37,575 nt of DNA, taken from positions 1-37,575 of IMG/VR virus record IMGVR_UViG_3300029317_000052, one strand, 5' to 3'. This stretch comes from a virus (Duplodnaviria > Caudoviricetes). Within the stretch, counting starts at the first letter, position 1. Each line of letters starts with the position of its first letter. The position numbers and the translations under genes are program-made. Below, piece by piece: positions 9,901 to 18,610 of the stretch. The notes beneath the pieces were generated by a model. That model had not been told where the DNA came from and searched no databases. It saw only the letters and a list, made by a program, of their open reading frames with translations.

Positions 9901-11981
9901 CTGGCGGCAGAATCAGTAATAGCACGATAAGAGCTTATTTCACTTATCGCGTTTCGGTCTTTTTGTTTAGCGAGGGCGTTTTCAGCCTTGGATATTTCAC
10001 CTAATTTTTTAGGATCATCGGCATATTTAACTTTGTCTGCAGCAAGTTTTCTTTGTTTATTGGCGTAACTTTCTTGTTGTTGGGCAAGCTTGTCTAATTG
10101 CTCACCGATTGTGCCAAAAGTGTTAACAATAACGTTACCAGCAGCGTTCCAACTTTCGCTAATATCATTAGCGCCATCGATGACTGACTGATAATAATCA
10201 CTGTCATCTTGTTTTTGCTCTGCTATTTGTGACTGTTCATATAATGCGGCAGTAAGCTCTTTTACCTTAGCTATTTCACCGTCTTTAATTTCACTTGAAA
10301 GTTTGCTTAGGTTGATTTCTTCCAGCTTCTCTATGCCAGTTAGTTTGCTTATTTTTAACTGCTGTTTAAGCGATGCGATCAGTTTTTGGTTAGTGGTTAA
10401 TTTAATTTTTTCGTTATTAGCTGACTTTTTAGCGGCTTCAGCTTTTGCTTTGGCTAAATCAACACCTTTTACAATAACTTTATTCCATTGAATGCCAGCC
10501 ATGCCCGCATCAAACAAAGCACCTTCAACATCTGACAATGAATTTTTTAACGCTTCAAGTTCTTTAGTCGCTGTTTTTGCTTGTTCGCTAGTTCCCCATA
10601 ACTGAACACCAGACGCGGTTGATGAATTTTTACCGTTAGTATTATTAGCTTGTTGTGCTTGTTCTTTTGCCAGGGCTTTTAATTCATCAATAGCCGCTTT
10701 CTTTTCATTGATAAGCTTTTTGTAAGCAGCCTGTGTTGATAGCTGCTCAGCACGTGTCATGTCTTCAATGGCTTTTCTGGTTTTTCCTAAAGTCTCTTCA
10801 AGCTGTTCTGCACCTGTTCTGGTTTCACCCATTGCGTCATTTAGTTCATACAATGCATAGCCTGCTAACACAGCAACACCAATAGGGCCACCAATTAGCG
10901 CTAACGAACCTTTAGCCGCACGGCCTGCCGCAGCCATTAAATTCATTTTCACGGTAGTACGGCTAATAACTTGCCCCATAGCATTGGTACTTACGCTTGC
11001 TGCAATATTACTGGCTATGTAGGTTTTAATGCCATTGGCAACAAGGCTTGTGTAGGCAGGTAATAATTTAGCACCAACAACAACGGCCATTACTTCAAAA
11101 AGCGTGGTAATGTTTTCTAAAACTTCAGGTAAGTTTTTGGTTATTTCATCAATAAGTGAAGCAATACCATCAATAGAATTACCAATACTGTCTGCAGCAC
11201 CTAAGTTACCCATTTCATTATAAAGTTGTGCGATAGAGGTTTGTAAGTTGCTTGATTTAGCACTTAAGCGACCCATTTGGTCGCCCATTGCGTCACCAAA
11301 CTTATTGTTACCTAAATCAATTAAATATTGCTGAATGCTAGCCGCATCTTTTTTAATGGTGGTACTAACATTTTGAAAGGTAAAACGAACGTTTTCACCT
11401 TGAGAACTGGCTTTAATACCAAATTCTTTTAAGCGTTCAAACTCGCCAACGCTAGCATCGGCTACCGCTTCAATCATTTGCATTAAATCTTTACCCATGG
11501 CCGCTGCAGTGTTGCCATAGCTGATCATAGATTGTTTAGACGGGTCTAAACCTAAGTGAGTAAGCTTGCTAAAGCCTTCAACTGATTGTGCTAGGGTAAA
11601 TGGCGTTTCTTTTGAAAGGTTAATAAGTCGGTCAAGTTCAACACTGGCAGAGTCAAAGTCACCAGTGATGGTTTTTAATTGGCCACGGTAGCCTTGAAAG
11701 GCATCAATACCGTCGTACATACCAGAAGCAATTTTGTCTATACCAAAACCAAGGGCAATAACACCTGCGGCTTGTGCAAGCATAGACTTTAACGAACCCG
11801 TTAGTACATCTGCACCGCCACTGGCTTGATTTAAGCCTTGACCAGCAACACGGCCGCTTTTACCTGTGCCGGTTAATGAGTGATTCACTTTATCTGCAGC
11901 ATCGTCAATTTGCTGTAAATCTTTTACAACAATTTTGCCGCCGTCAGTAGTAAGCTTTATCGCTAGTTTTAAATCACTCAT
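6987..11981 (-). CDS. tail tape measure protein
   Basis: 1664 aa, Ala/Gln/Leu-rich and helical. N-terminal tape-measure region (ETPFTL...GEFERLKEFGI). Follows the chaperone pair. Confidence 0.95.
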   Translation of the reverse strand: MSDLKLAIKLTTDGGKIVVKDLQQIDDAADKVNHSLTGTGKSGRVAGQGLNQASGGADVLTGSLKSMLAQAAGVIALGFGIDKIASGMYDGIDAFQGYRGQLKTITGDFDSASVELDRLINLSKETPFTLAQSVEGFSKLTHLGLDPSKQSMISYGNTAAAMGKDLMQMIEAVADASVGEFERLKEFGIKASSQGENVRFTFQNVSTTIKKDAASIQQYLIDLGNNKFGDAMGDQMGRLSAKSSNLQTSIAQLYNEMGNLGAADSIGNSIDGIASLIDEITKNLPEVLENITTLFEVMAVVVGAKLLPAYTSLVANGIKTYIASNIAASVSTNAMGQVISRTTVKMNLMAAAGRAAKGSLALIGGPIGVAVLAGYALYELNDAMGETRTGAEQLEETLGKTRKAIEDMTRAEQLSTQAAYKKLINEKKAAIDELKALAKEQAQQANNTNGKNSSTASGVQLWGTSEQAKTATKELEALKNSLSDVEGALFDAGMAGIQWNKVIVKGVDLAKAKAEAAKKSANNEKIKLTTNQKLIASLKQQLKISKLTGIEKLEEINLSKLSSEIKDGEIAKVKELTAALYEQSQIAEQKQDDSDYYQSVIDGANDISESWNAAGNVIVNTFGTIGEQLDKLAQQQESYANKQRKLAADKVKYADDPKKLGEISKAENALAKQKDRNAISEISSYRAITDSAASMFSENSKGRKAMQAASDVFTAIELANSALRVGSYAIEAVTAAFAAPWPIGFASGAAMIAIMAGLGVAVSGGSGSAPESAEQRQQTQGTGTVLGSDDKSASILNSYERIEELELDQYAELREMNASLNDLNNNITNLVANLVSNFGRFDEASYGGQLGNQSTTSKFEELLIGGGIGQVLKSLDPTGIVGKIFSSFSSKKKSLVDSGISIVAQTFGDVIDTGLLQAQAYFDIKTKKKKFWGISSSTSYNTEYQSIGSQLEHEMALIFGDIGNSINQAVDVLDLDVSKSLDDFVIDLPKISFKDLSGDEIQAELEAMFSSQSDLMATYLVPGLQDFQQVGEGLYETLIRLAQEQAVFNSVLEITGNTLADVDANQTIEATQAIIGFAGSIEALQSAASTYFNEFYSEAEQFDYLQKQLNEQFAALGLSVPATRDGFKTLISVLDPLNEADQRLYAQLLLLSGQSAEYYDALENQGTAIDDTLEKENELAAARQAFVEDIQGQLERLDMSPLQIKLDDLQKTFLDSFEDAQQLGAETALLEQLYANRRQTIVEDALENVNAVHQRSMDTLTRDHEEVVNDLVNNNTRLVSAFSALNASIANSILSIRRQGSNWSESNYQTTQISDLSSLLGEGSVEEQISNIDSLQQAYVNKYNAELQGLNASRDAAQSAYDNQLNQIENRYQAELEVYNGMRSALDSLKDAVDNLLLSDLSTLTNEQKLAESKSQYQTTLARAKTGDVDAISSLGNVHRNYLSEAQNMYSSSDAFQNIFDKSFAEVSAISAKNIHSPSKQRAPSVPAAITRHNVKVQELQTSTVESLQELHELSKALEAENQTAFDIAMSDLTLQLDTNKTLLIAELSANTLEINTQAAADAQTLNEAMQRQLEARAQQNAAVQQNNEKQTDATNKMREQVVAELRSVKAELNAQTKKQNQQILQAQQQAADAQKRAEKLARQLKEQATIIENQSDAFMRALP

Positions 11982-12408
11982 TATTCTTTTTATGCTCCGA
12001 CCAAGTGGTTAAACAGGCGCTTTCCATAATGTCTAATCCTTGCCAAATCAGCTCTATTGCTTCATCGTCAAGGTTTTTGTACCAACGTAGTTTTGATGCC
12101 CGTGCTTCAACTTTTAATGGATCTAAACAAAGTCGGGTGGCATCCATGCCTGCACGTTCCCAATACTTTCCAACCGCAAAGAACAACTCTACGATGGCAA
12201 GATTACCCGGCTGTACTTCAGGCATCTTGCTTGCACTTTCAACGACATTGCTTCCGTTCGCCTCCTGTGCAGCTAATACTTCCTTTATTTCCTCATCACA
12301 GACTTGCATGTCTCTGAGGGTTTCCCCCAATAAATCGCCGGTCAATTCATCTGTTTTCCCAACAAAAGAAAGACTGGCGTAATATTGGGCTACCGCTTTA
12401 AGTTTCCC
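11974..12408 (-). CDS. tail assembly chaperone GT, -1 frame segment (DUF1799-like)
   Basis: Frame is open from the slippery site GGGAAAC into ORF 11974..12345 (GKLKAVAQYYASLSFVGKTDELTGDL...). N...VELF.....W...GM pattern. Confidence 0.8.
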   Translation of the reverse strand, partial: GKLKAVAQYYASLSFVGKTDELTGDLLGETLRDMQVCDEEIKEVLAAQEANGSNVVESASKMPEVQPGNLAIVELFFAVGKYWERAGMDATRLCLDPLKVEARASKLRWYKNLDDEAIELIWQGLDIMESACLTTWSEHKKNNE

Positions 12409-12866
12409 GACAGTACTTTCGATAATTTTTCATTTTGATTTTTGTTAATTTCATCTTCATAAGCATCAGAAACAGCTTCTTGAAATAAGCGAATATCAAG
12501 TAAAATTGGGATATCTTTAAACTCTTCCTTACCGCTCAAAAATGGAAATGGATGTTTTTTATGTTTTTCAATACCAACCAGATACTTTTGAATAAAACTA
12601 TTTTTTAGCGTTTTAACTGCTTTAGTCAGTTTTTGACGGTCTTCAAAACTAGCATCATCGGGCAGTGCTTCAGCTTTATCGCTTATCTCTTGTAACTGCT
12701 TTTGATTAGCTTCTCTTTCTTTATCATCCACATTGATGTATTCAGCAACAAAGTGCGCTTTGTGATAAATTGTTTTACCTGCATTGTTCATCTCTTCACT
12801 AGGTACTGAAATTTCTACGGGCTTCTTAAAACGACCTTCTTTTAATGCTTCAACTTGAAATTGCAT
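12390..12866 (-). CDS. tail assembly chaperone G
   Basis: Between tail tube and tape measure; ends ...SGNLKR over the slippery site. Confidence 0.85.
   Translation of the reverse strand: MQFQVEALKEGRFKKPVEISVPSEEMNNAGKTIYHKAHFVAEYINVDDKEREANQKQLQEISDKAEALPDDASFEDRQKLTKAVKTLKNSFIQKYLVGIEKHKKHPFPFLSGKEEFKDIPILLDIRLFQEAVSDAYEDEINKNQNEKLSKVLSGNLKR
12402..12408 (-). other. programmed -1 ribosomal frameshift site G GGA AAC
   Basis: X XXY YYZ heptamer in the correct frame, three sense codons before the chaperone stop; same arrangement as lambda G/GT. Confidence 0.85.
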
Positions 12867-12910
12867 AATGTTCTTCCTATTGGGGTTGGTTTACTTTGGT
12901 GACTATTTAT

Positions 12911-12936
12911 AAGTAAAGGGGCGTGCACCCCCGTTT
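12911..12936 (-). terminator. possible weak intrinsic terminator/stabilising hairpin after tail tube gene
   Basis: Minus strand GGGGT-GCAC-GCCCC followed by TTTACTT. Confidence 0.4.
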
Positions 12937-12954
12937 AATTAGTGATAAAAGCGG

Positions 12955-13884
12955 TTAACGGGTTTTCATCGCTATTTCGTTATTTGCAGCAGTTGGCACA
13001 CAAACAAACGAACAATTAAGGTAGCTAATTTTGTTACGTTCGCTGCTGGTAACATTGGCGAGTTGGGCATTAGAAGCTAGCGCTTCAAAAATATGACCTT
13101 CATCTACAACATCAACACCTTTTTGAATATCAATAACGCCATAGGAGCCAATTAATTCATAAAAATCTTTCACGTCTGGGCTTGGCTCTTGTAGTTCAAT
13201 ATCAATAGTGACTTTACGGTCAATAATCTCAATTGATTGTGACTCTGGGCTATAAATCACCTCGTTATTGCCTTTGATCATGACTTTAGAAATAGAAGCG
13301 GAATAGCCAAACACATCGGTTTTAACAAAGTTAACTGGCGTTAAAGGTTTAGGGTTTTTAAACGCTGACAAATCAACATTAGGTGCACCACCTTCAACCA
13401 CTTGTGGGGCATAAAGCGCCATATAGCTAGGGAATTTAATTTTAGGTAAAGCGTCCAGGCTAAGTTCAATTTCCCAATTCATACGCGCACCTACATGGGT
13501 TTGACTGGTTAAGCCGCGAAAGAATTTTCCGGTGATTGAGTCTAAATTTTTCAAATCAGCTAAAGCAATTGCTACATGATCAGCTGCTGCCGTTACACTT
13601 AACCCTGCAGCTTTTAATAGCGGGGTAATAGCGGGAGGTACAATTGCAGTACCAGAGCCTGCCATATAAGAATCAAGTGAGCCTTCAACACGACGAGTTT
13701 TTTCTATAGTGCCTTTTGCGCCACTGCGGCCTGAATCGTAATCCATTTCTTCAGTGTCCACCTTGGCTACGTCAATATTTGCTTTAACGCGCATGGCATT
13801 TAAGGTGGTATTTGGCGTAGCATCAGTACCGTAAGTTGCTTCAACTTTGGCAGCAAAAACGTATTCAGCAAGTAAAATAGGCAT
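12955..13884 (-). CDS. major tail tube protein
   Basis: 309 aa; N-terminal AKVEATYGTDATP motif typical of siphovirus tube proteins; precedes the chaperones. Confidence 0.85.
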   Translation of the reverse strand: MPILLAEYVFAAKVEATYGTDATPNTTLNAMRVKANIDVAKVDTEEMDYDSGRSGAKGTIEKTRRVEGSLDSYMAGSGTAIVPPAITPLLKAAGLSVTAAADHVAIALADLKNLDSITGKFFRGLTSQTHVGARMNWEIELSLDALPKIKFPSYMALYAPQVVEGGAPNVDLSAFKNPKPLTPVNFVKTDVFGYSASISKVMIKGNNEVIYSPESQSIEIIDRKVTIDIELQEPSPDVKDFYELIGSYGVIDIQKGVDVVDEGHIFEALASNAQLANVTSSERNKISYLNCSFVCVPTAANNEIAMKTR

Positions 13885-14078
13885 TATTTAGTCTCCTTAG
13901 CAGCGTTAGCATTATCAATAAGCTTTTGGCGTTGCTTAGCAATGTGCGAGCCATCGTTTTTAGTGTTGGTTTTAGCCGCTTCAACAGCTGATTTATCATG
14001 CTTATTTAGCACTTGTTCAACTGAAGCCGATTTAGCAACAGCACTGTTTGCTGGGATATCTTTTTTGTTAGTTGTCAT
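13884..14078 (-). CDS. small hypothetical protein
   Basis: 64 aa, K/A-rich, overlaps both neighbours; GGAG RBS. Confidence 0.6.
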   Translation of the reverse strand: MTTNKKDIPANSAVAKSASVEQVLNKHDKSAVEAAKTNTKNDGSHIAKQRQKLIDNANAAKETK

Positions 14079-14514
14079 AAGTTGACTCCAAATAGTAAGT
14101 TGTTGAAAATTTTTCTAACCACCAAATACCGTTATCAGCCATATTAAGCAAATTACCACCTGCTAGCTTAAAACCGCGATAACCTGCTTTTGGTGAGTAA
14201 GCCAGCAAACTTTTACGCACTTGGCTTAATGTTTCTTGTAATAGTTCATTTCCTTTTTCTCCTGTTGGATCATTACGGCTTTGAATACCGATAACTACAG
14301 CAACAGTTGATGTGATTTCTTCAACGGAGCCAGCTAAATCATCAGCTAAACTTCTAGGTAAATCACTTACAGGGACGACATAAGCACAATAGGATTTAGG
14401 TATACTTTTACCTTTAAGTGCGGCCATATTTAACGCTGACTTAACTTGATCAAATACACGCTGTCCTTGCGCATTATCAATCTGCTCTACACGTTGCTTA
14501 ACGGCAGTAAACAT
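14068..14514 (-). CDS. tail terminator/completion protein (Mu gp37 position)
   Basis: Follows gp36; AYVVP...VR..LL.Y.P...G.WW...F.T pattern. Confidence 0.75.
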   Translation of the reverse strand: MFTAVKQRVEQIDNAQGQRVFDQVKSALNMAALKGKSIPKSYCAYVVPVSDLPRSLADDLAGSVEEITSTVAVVIGIQSRNDPTGEKGNELLQETLSQVRKSLLAYSPKAGYRGFKLAGGNLLNMADNGIWWLEKFSTTYYLESTYDN

Positions 14515-14937
14515 CTAAATAAAACCCTTACTAACATTTCGAGCAAAAATACTACCAGCGCTTTGAATGTCGGCTAAATCTGTACTGGTCGCTTTTGCCC
14601 CTGAACCATCAACACCTAAGCTAATTTCACCTTTAGAAACACTAAATAAAAATTTAATAGCACTGTCGTAACGTTTGGTTACTTGCTCACTGGCTTGCTC
14701 GTCGTACAACTTGTAACGGGCAATATTGCAACAAAGCGCTTTAAGTACTGGCGGTACGGTTACTAGTGGTAATTGATAACGACCACCTAGGTAACCGTCC
14801 ATTTCAGCACTGCCATCTGCAATAGCTTGGTCAAGTACGGTTTCGTCAATAACACTCATGTTGTCACGGTCAGTTAAATCAATTAACTCGTCCTCACCAA
14901 AGCGGTCTATCAAGTCTTGTTTAGTGCAATAAGGCAT
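14515..14937 (-). CDS. head-tail connector, Mu gp36 (DUF1320) family
   Basis: MPYCT..DL..RFGE.EL..LTD...DGYL..RY.LPL...KRYD.AI..L..V..G signature. Confidence 0.92.
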   Translation of the reverse strand: MPYCTKQDLIDRFGEDELIDLTDRDNMSVIDETVLDQAIADGSAEMDGYLGGRYQLPLVTVPPVLKALCCNIARYKLYDEQASEQVTKRYDSAIKFLFSVSKGEISLGVDGSGAKATSTDLADIQSAGSIFARNVSKGFI

Positions 14938-14942
14938 AATGA

Positions 14943-15446
14943 TTAACCTGGCACGTGATTAATAATGTTATCTTGATACCAAACCCACGCAGCATCGCGC
15001 TGTGCTGCTGATGGTTTCACCATTTTAGTGTTGTTATCTTCATCAACAAACTCACATTCGAGTTCGTCACACTTTGGAGCTTTAGCTAATGGTGTTTCTT
15101 GGTGTAACAAATGCAAAGTAATAACAAAATGAATTAATTCAGGTGGTGCGCCATCAAAAATGGCATTATCTAAATGAATTTCATCTTTTGAATTTACAGA
15201 CATGCCCAAACCATCTGCATCCAAGTTCCCTTGCGTTGAGTGATCCGTATTTGGTTCAATAGACTCAGTTGATTGTACCAATAGGTTGCTATCTTGTTCG
15301 ATTTGCGCCAGTTGCAATTCATCAATTTCAACGGTGTTGTCACCTTTATCAAACGCAATACCTGCACGGCGATAGCCTGTGTGCATTGCACTAATAATGA
15401 CAGCGGCAATAAGAGATACTTTATATTTAAGCTTAGTTTTAGCCAT
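14943..15446 (-). CDS. HI1506-related protein (Mu gp35 position)
   Basis: GYRRAG.AF...QIEQD.NL.V and SAAQRDAAW motifs; directly after the capsid gene. Confidence 0.75.
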   Translation of the reverse strand: MAKTKLKYKVSLIAAVIISAMHTGYRRAGIAFDKGDNTVEIDELQLAQIEQDSNLLVQSTESIEPNTDHSTQGNLDADGLGMSVNSKDEIHLDNAIFDGAPPELIHFVITLHLLHQETPLAKAPKCDELECEFVDEDNNTKMVKPSAAQRDAAWVWYQDNIINHVPG

Positions 15447-15473
15447 TTCATGTTTACTCCAAAATTTGGAATG

Positions 15474-15513
15474 AATAAAAAGGACTAACCATGCCTGTGT
15501 AATACATGGCTAG
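15474..15513 (-). terminator. hairpin/terminator downstream of major capsid gene
   Basis: Minus strand CTAGCCATG...CATGGTTAG followed by TCCTTTTTATT. Confidence 0.55.
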
Positions 15514-15536
15514 CCAAAGGGAGTTAGCTGTTTACG

Positions 15537-16445
15537 TTATAAATAGTCAGCAACCAATATTTCTAAGCGACCTTTTAATTCGTTGGAGCTGTTGGCATCT
15601 AACTCACGTTCCATTAGACGCGTGGCTAGCTTTTCTAAGCTTGGTGGTACGACTAACAAAGTAGGTTTAATCGCTAATTTACGACCACCATCAGCGGTAA
15701 AAGCACGCATAGCGGCAATGGTGTCCCATAAATTATCTGCGTTAAGTTCACGCTTGTTAGCAAAGGCCATTTGCCAAAAGCCATAACCAGCTTTATCACG
15801 ACAATCAACGCCATAACGGAATTGCTTGCTCATAAATACCGCTTCATCGTCAGTTTTAGTCATACTGATTAAGGCTGGCATTTTGCGCTCTTGAAATATA
15901 ATAGGCTTAATGGCTTTACTGGTATCGAGTAAAAACCAAGGTTCGCCGGCATAACCACCATCAATCTCCACATTGGCCACTGAGACATCAACACCTGAGC
16001 CATCAGCTTCTGGATTTACGGGGTGATCGGTATCAAAGAAAAATTGACCGTCATAACAGTCAGTAGTAAAACCTGCACTGAGTAATGAAAAGCACTCTTC
16101 ATCAGGATGAATAGCCGCCGCACGCCCCATTTCTTTGAAGATTGGCGCGTAAATACCAAGGTTGTCATCTTCAATGTCGTTACGATCAACACCCACGGTT
16201 GATTCATAGTCTTCATTAATAATGGTGTAACCATGAGCTTTCATTGACTGAATATTACGATCGCCAATCCATTTAGCTAAGCTTGGAAATTTACCCAACC
16301 AACCATAAGTATTACTAGCAGTGGTTGATTTAATAACCGAAGCAATTTTACTAAATTGCGGTTGGGCTTCTGATTTACCCGCTTCAAAGTTGGCGTTGTA
16401 GCCAGTAAAAAGCGCGGTAATTAATGCGGGAGTAACAATCGCCAT
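15537..16445 (-). CDS. major capsid protein, Mu gpT family
   Basis: SNTYGWLGKFP...WIGDR, IEDDNLG.Y, CYDGQ.FFDTDHPV and GYGFWQMA motifs. Confidence 0.97.
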   Translation of the reverse strand: MAIVTPALITALFTGYNANFEAGKSEAQPQFSKIASVIKSTTASNTYGWLGKFPSLAKWIGDRNIQSMKAHGYTIINEDYESTVGVDRNDIEDDNLGIYAPIFKEMGRAAAIHPDEECFSLLSAGFTTDCYDGQFFFDTDHPVNPEADGSGVDVSVANVEIDGGYAGEPWFLLDTSKAIKPIIFQERKMPALISMTKTDDEAVFMSKQFRYGVDCRDKAGYGFWQMAFANKRELNADNLWDTIAAMRAFTADGGRKLAIKPTLLVVPPSLEKLATRLMERELDANSSNELKGRLEILVADYL

Positions 16446-17044
16446 TATTTAGTTTCCTTATTATTAAGTGTTGCTAGAAAATCTTTATGACTAAGACCAA
16501 GTTGATCAGCGGTGTATTTTTGCTCAGCGGTAAGTGCCGCTATGCCTGTGTTAGTTTCACCAGGCTTTTCTTTGCCTTTTGTTTGGGTGGTTTTTAAGGC
16601 CGCAATCACAGGGCGAGCATCAACCATGGTTTTTAATGCGGCAAAACCTTGCTGTTTGCCAAAATCCGTTAAGTAGCCAATTTCAGATTCAAACACTTTG
16701 TCAGTGTTGTCTTTTAGTAACTGCTCAACCGAGTTGCTATCACTCCCTGCTTTTAAAGCGGCAAAATTAGTAGCTAGCGCGTTATAGGTTTCAACAGGGA
16801 CAAATTTAGCTAAATCAACAGCACCATTAGTGTTCGCTGCAGTAGCTTTTAGCGCGGTAACCGATGTTTGTGCAGTATTTAAATCTTTTTCAAGTTGACC
16901 TGCTTGATCTGCTTTACTCTTAAGCGCAGCAATGGCCACCTTGGCTTTATCTTGAATTGCAGTTAACGCCGCCACATTCGATAAATCATCATCGGTATGT
17001 GCAACGCCTAACAAATCAAGCATGAGTTTTAAGGCTTCATTCAT
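16445..17044 (-). CDS. scaffolding protein Z, in-frame internal start within I
   Basis: GGAG 8 nt upstream of an in-frame ATG (MNEALKLM...) right after the protease domain; same I/Z arrangement as Mu. Confidence 0.7.
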   Translation of the reverse strand: MNEALKLMLDLLGVAHTDDDLSNVAALTAIQDKAKVAIAALKSKADQAGQLEKDLNTAQTSVTALKATAANTNGAVDLAKFVPVETYNALATNFAALKAGSDSNSVEQLLKDNTDKVFESEIGYLTDFGKQQGFAALKTMVDARPVIAALKTTQTKGKEKPGETNTGIAALTAEQKYTADQLGLSHKDFLATLNNKETK

Positions 17045-17671
17045 TGGGATATCTCCAGTTGAGGGGGCAGATTTGCCAGTTAAGTGATTTTTTGTTTTTA
17101 AAGCCGCAATAGCTTTCATGCCATCAAGTGCTGGCTCGTTGGTTAATGCAACGTGCATTAATTCAATGGGGCGACCTGTTTTAAGGTCATAAGAAAAAAC
17201 AGCAGAGGTATAACGATATTCTTTATCGCTAATATGTTTAGTGGCTGTTGGCGTCCAATCGACATTGACAGCAAACAACCCTTCACCTGGCACATAGTCT
17301 AATTTTTTAAACCAACCAGCAGCGGGAGCAGGCTTGCCATTTTGTTCGGTGTAAAGTGTTTGATGTTCGTAATCAAACATAAAGTCGTTTTTACGTAGGG
17401 AAATATTTGCTGTTAAAGAGGCGAATGCTTGTGCATCCATCAACCACTGCCCACCTTCTACATCGACTTCACGGCCATCGGTTGGCACAAAATAACCATC
17501 AGGTAAAATTTGTACGCGGTTACTTTCGCCTTTACTAGATAGTGAGGCAATAGCGCAACCACCAAACGTGAGCACAGCCACATTTGTTGCAGCTTGCTTG
17601 GTTAGAACGGCAAGACCTATGTCTTGGCTAAGTGATTTTTTGGTTGCTTTTTGTGCTAGAAGTATTTTCAT
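16445..17671 (-). CDS. prohead protease I (Mu gp32 family) with C-terminal scaffold
   Basis: DYEHQTL, PAAGW, EYRY.SAVF and ALTN.PALDGM motifs. Confidence 0.95.
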   Translation of the reverse strand: MKILLAQKATKKSLSQDIGLAVLTKQAATNVAVLTFGGCAIASLSSKGESNRVQILPDGYFVPTDGREVDVEGGQWLMDAQAFASLTANISLRKNDFMFDYEHQTLYTEQNGKPAPAAGWFKKLDYVPGEGLFAVNVDWTPTATKHISDKEYRYTSAVFSYDLKTGRPIELMHVALTNEPALDGMKAIAALKTKNHLTGKSAPSTGDIPMNEALKLMLDLLGVAHTDDDLSNVAALTAIQDKAKVAIAALKSKADQAGQLEKDLNTAQTSVTALKATAANTNGAVDLAKFVPVETYNALATNFAALKAGSDSNSVEQLLKDNTDKVFESEIGYLTDFGKQQGFAALKTMVDARPVIAALKTTQTKGKEKPGETNTGIAALTAEQKYTADQLGLSHKDFLATLNNKETK

Positions 17672-17725
17672 AACGCCAGTATGACGTTATGAGGTTAATT
17701 GCTGAGATTCAGGGGGGTTAATGCT
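17669..17725 (-). promoter_or_regulatory. late promoter for the head operon (P_I-like) with activator site and hairpin
   Basis: AGCATTAA-N6-TGAATCTCA-N19-CATACT-N6-ATG; identical geometry to 26526-26582. Confidence 0.8.
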
Positions 17726-17779
17726 AAATTCAAGTTGTTTTCTTAAGGGGTAATCTCTAGGTAGTTATATTCAATCAAC

Positions 17780-17801
17780 ACACCCATTTAACACCCGTTT
17801 A
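17780..17801. repeat. 11-bp tandem repeat in the G-I intergenic region
   Basis: ACACCCATTTA ACACCCGTTTA. Confidence 0.6.
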
Positions 17802-17909
17802 AAAACCTCTCAGTTGAATTTGTTTAAATTTCTTAGGGCAATATACCAGATTTACAACTTAAGGCGATAAAATCGCTTACAGGGCTTTGAGTTAAATCAT
17901 TGAGTAGCA

Positions 17910-18350
17910 TTAAATACCATCAATTAAATGATCACGTAAAATATCGAGTATTTCTATTCGTTCAAATGGGGCAACACCTAAAAATGGTCGTGCAGGTATG
18001 CCGTCAGCTTCACGTCCAAACTGATGGGTTGATGCATACTCAAGGTTTGAACCAAACGTTAATTGATTAGCGCCTAATTGATAATTAAGTGTATCTGCTA
18101 ACGTGCCTGTTTCGGTGAGTACTCTGTCTTGGCGCTTTTTCTTTTTAAGGGTGCGAGGTGATAACGGCTCCCATGGTTCACCGTCTGGTGCTTGTTGATC
18201 AATAAAACGCTGTTGGGTTGACTCAAGTAAATACTCGCCAATGTCCCTAAAGGCAGGTTCAAGATCACTACCTTGCTTTAATAAACGGTTTAATGCCTGG
18301 CTTATTTGTTTTTGGCCACGAACATCAACGCTAACGAATGAACCTGCCAT
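17910..18350 (-). CDS. virion morphogenesis protein, Mu gpG family
   Basis: PDGEPWEPL, L..TG.L, GSNLEYA.THQFG and IPARPFLG motifs. Confidence 0.95.
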   Translation of the reverse strand: MAGSFVSVDVRGQKQISQALNRLLKQGSDLEPAFRDIGEYLLESTQQRFIDQQAPDGEPWEPLSPRTLKKKKRQDRVLTETGTLADTLNYQLGANQLTFGSNLEYASTHQFGREADGIPARPFLGVAPFERIEILDILRDHLIDGI

Positions 18351-18610
18351 TAGTCTTGCTCTGAATCATTTAATGCTGATAACTCATCTATGCTAGAGGT
18401 AACTATTAATGATTCATGAACATCAGAAAAACAGGTTAGCTCGTAACCTTTTGCTTGTTGCTCTAGTCGTTCAATGCGAATTTTCTTTTCAGTAAAAGTT
18501 AGACCTATGCTGCTAATAACAACAAAAGCCTCATCAACCAAAGGTAAAGGTACGCTATGGTTAATAGGATCTGTTTTCATTTTGTTTAGCATTTTATCAA
18601 GCGAACTCAT
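18350..18610 (-). CDS. small acidic protein, candidate immunity protein for the MuF C-terminal domain
   Basis: 86 aa inserted between F and G, with an ATGA overlap with F and a TAATG overlap with G. Confidence 0.6.
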   Translation of the reverse strand: MSSLDKMLNKMKTDPINHSVPLPLVDEAFVVISSIGLTFTEKKIRIERLEQQAKGYELTCFSDVHESLIVTSSIDELSALNDSEQD

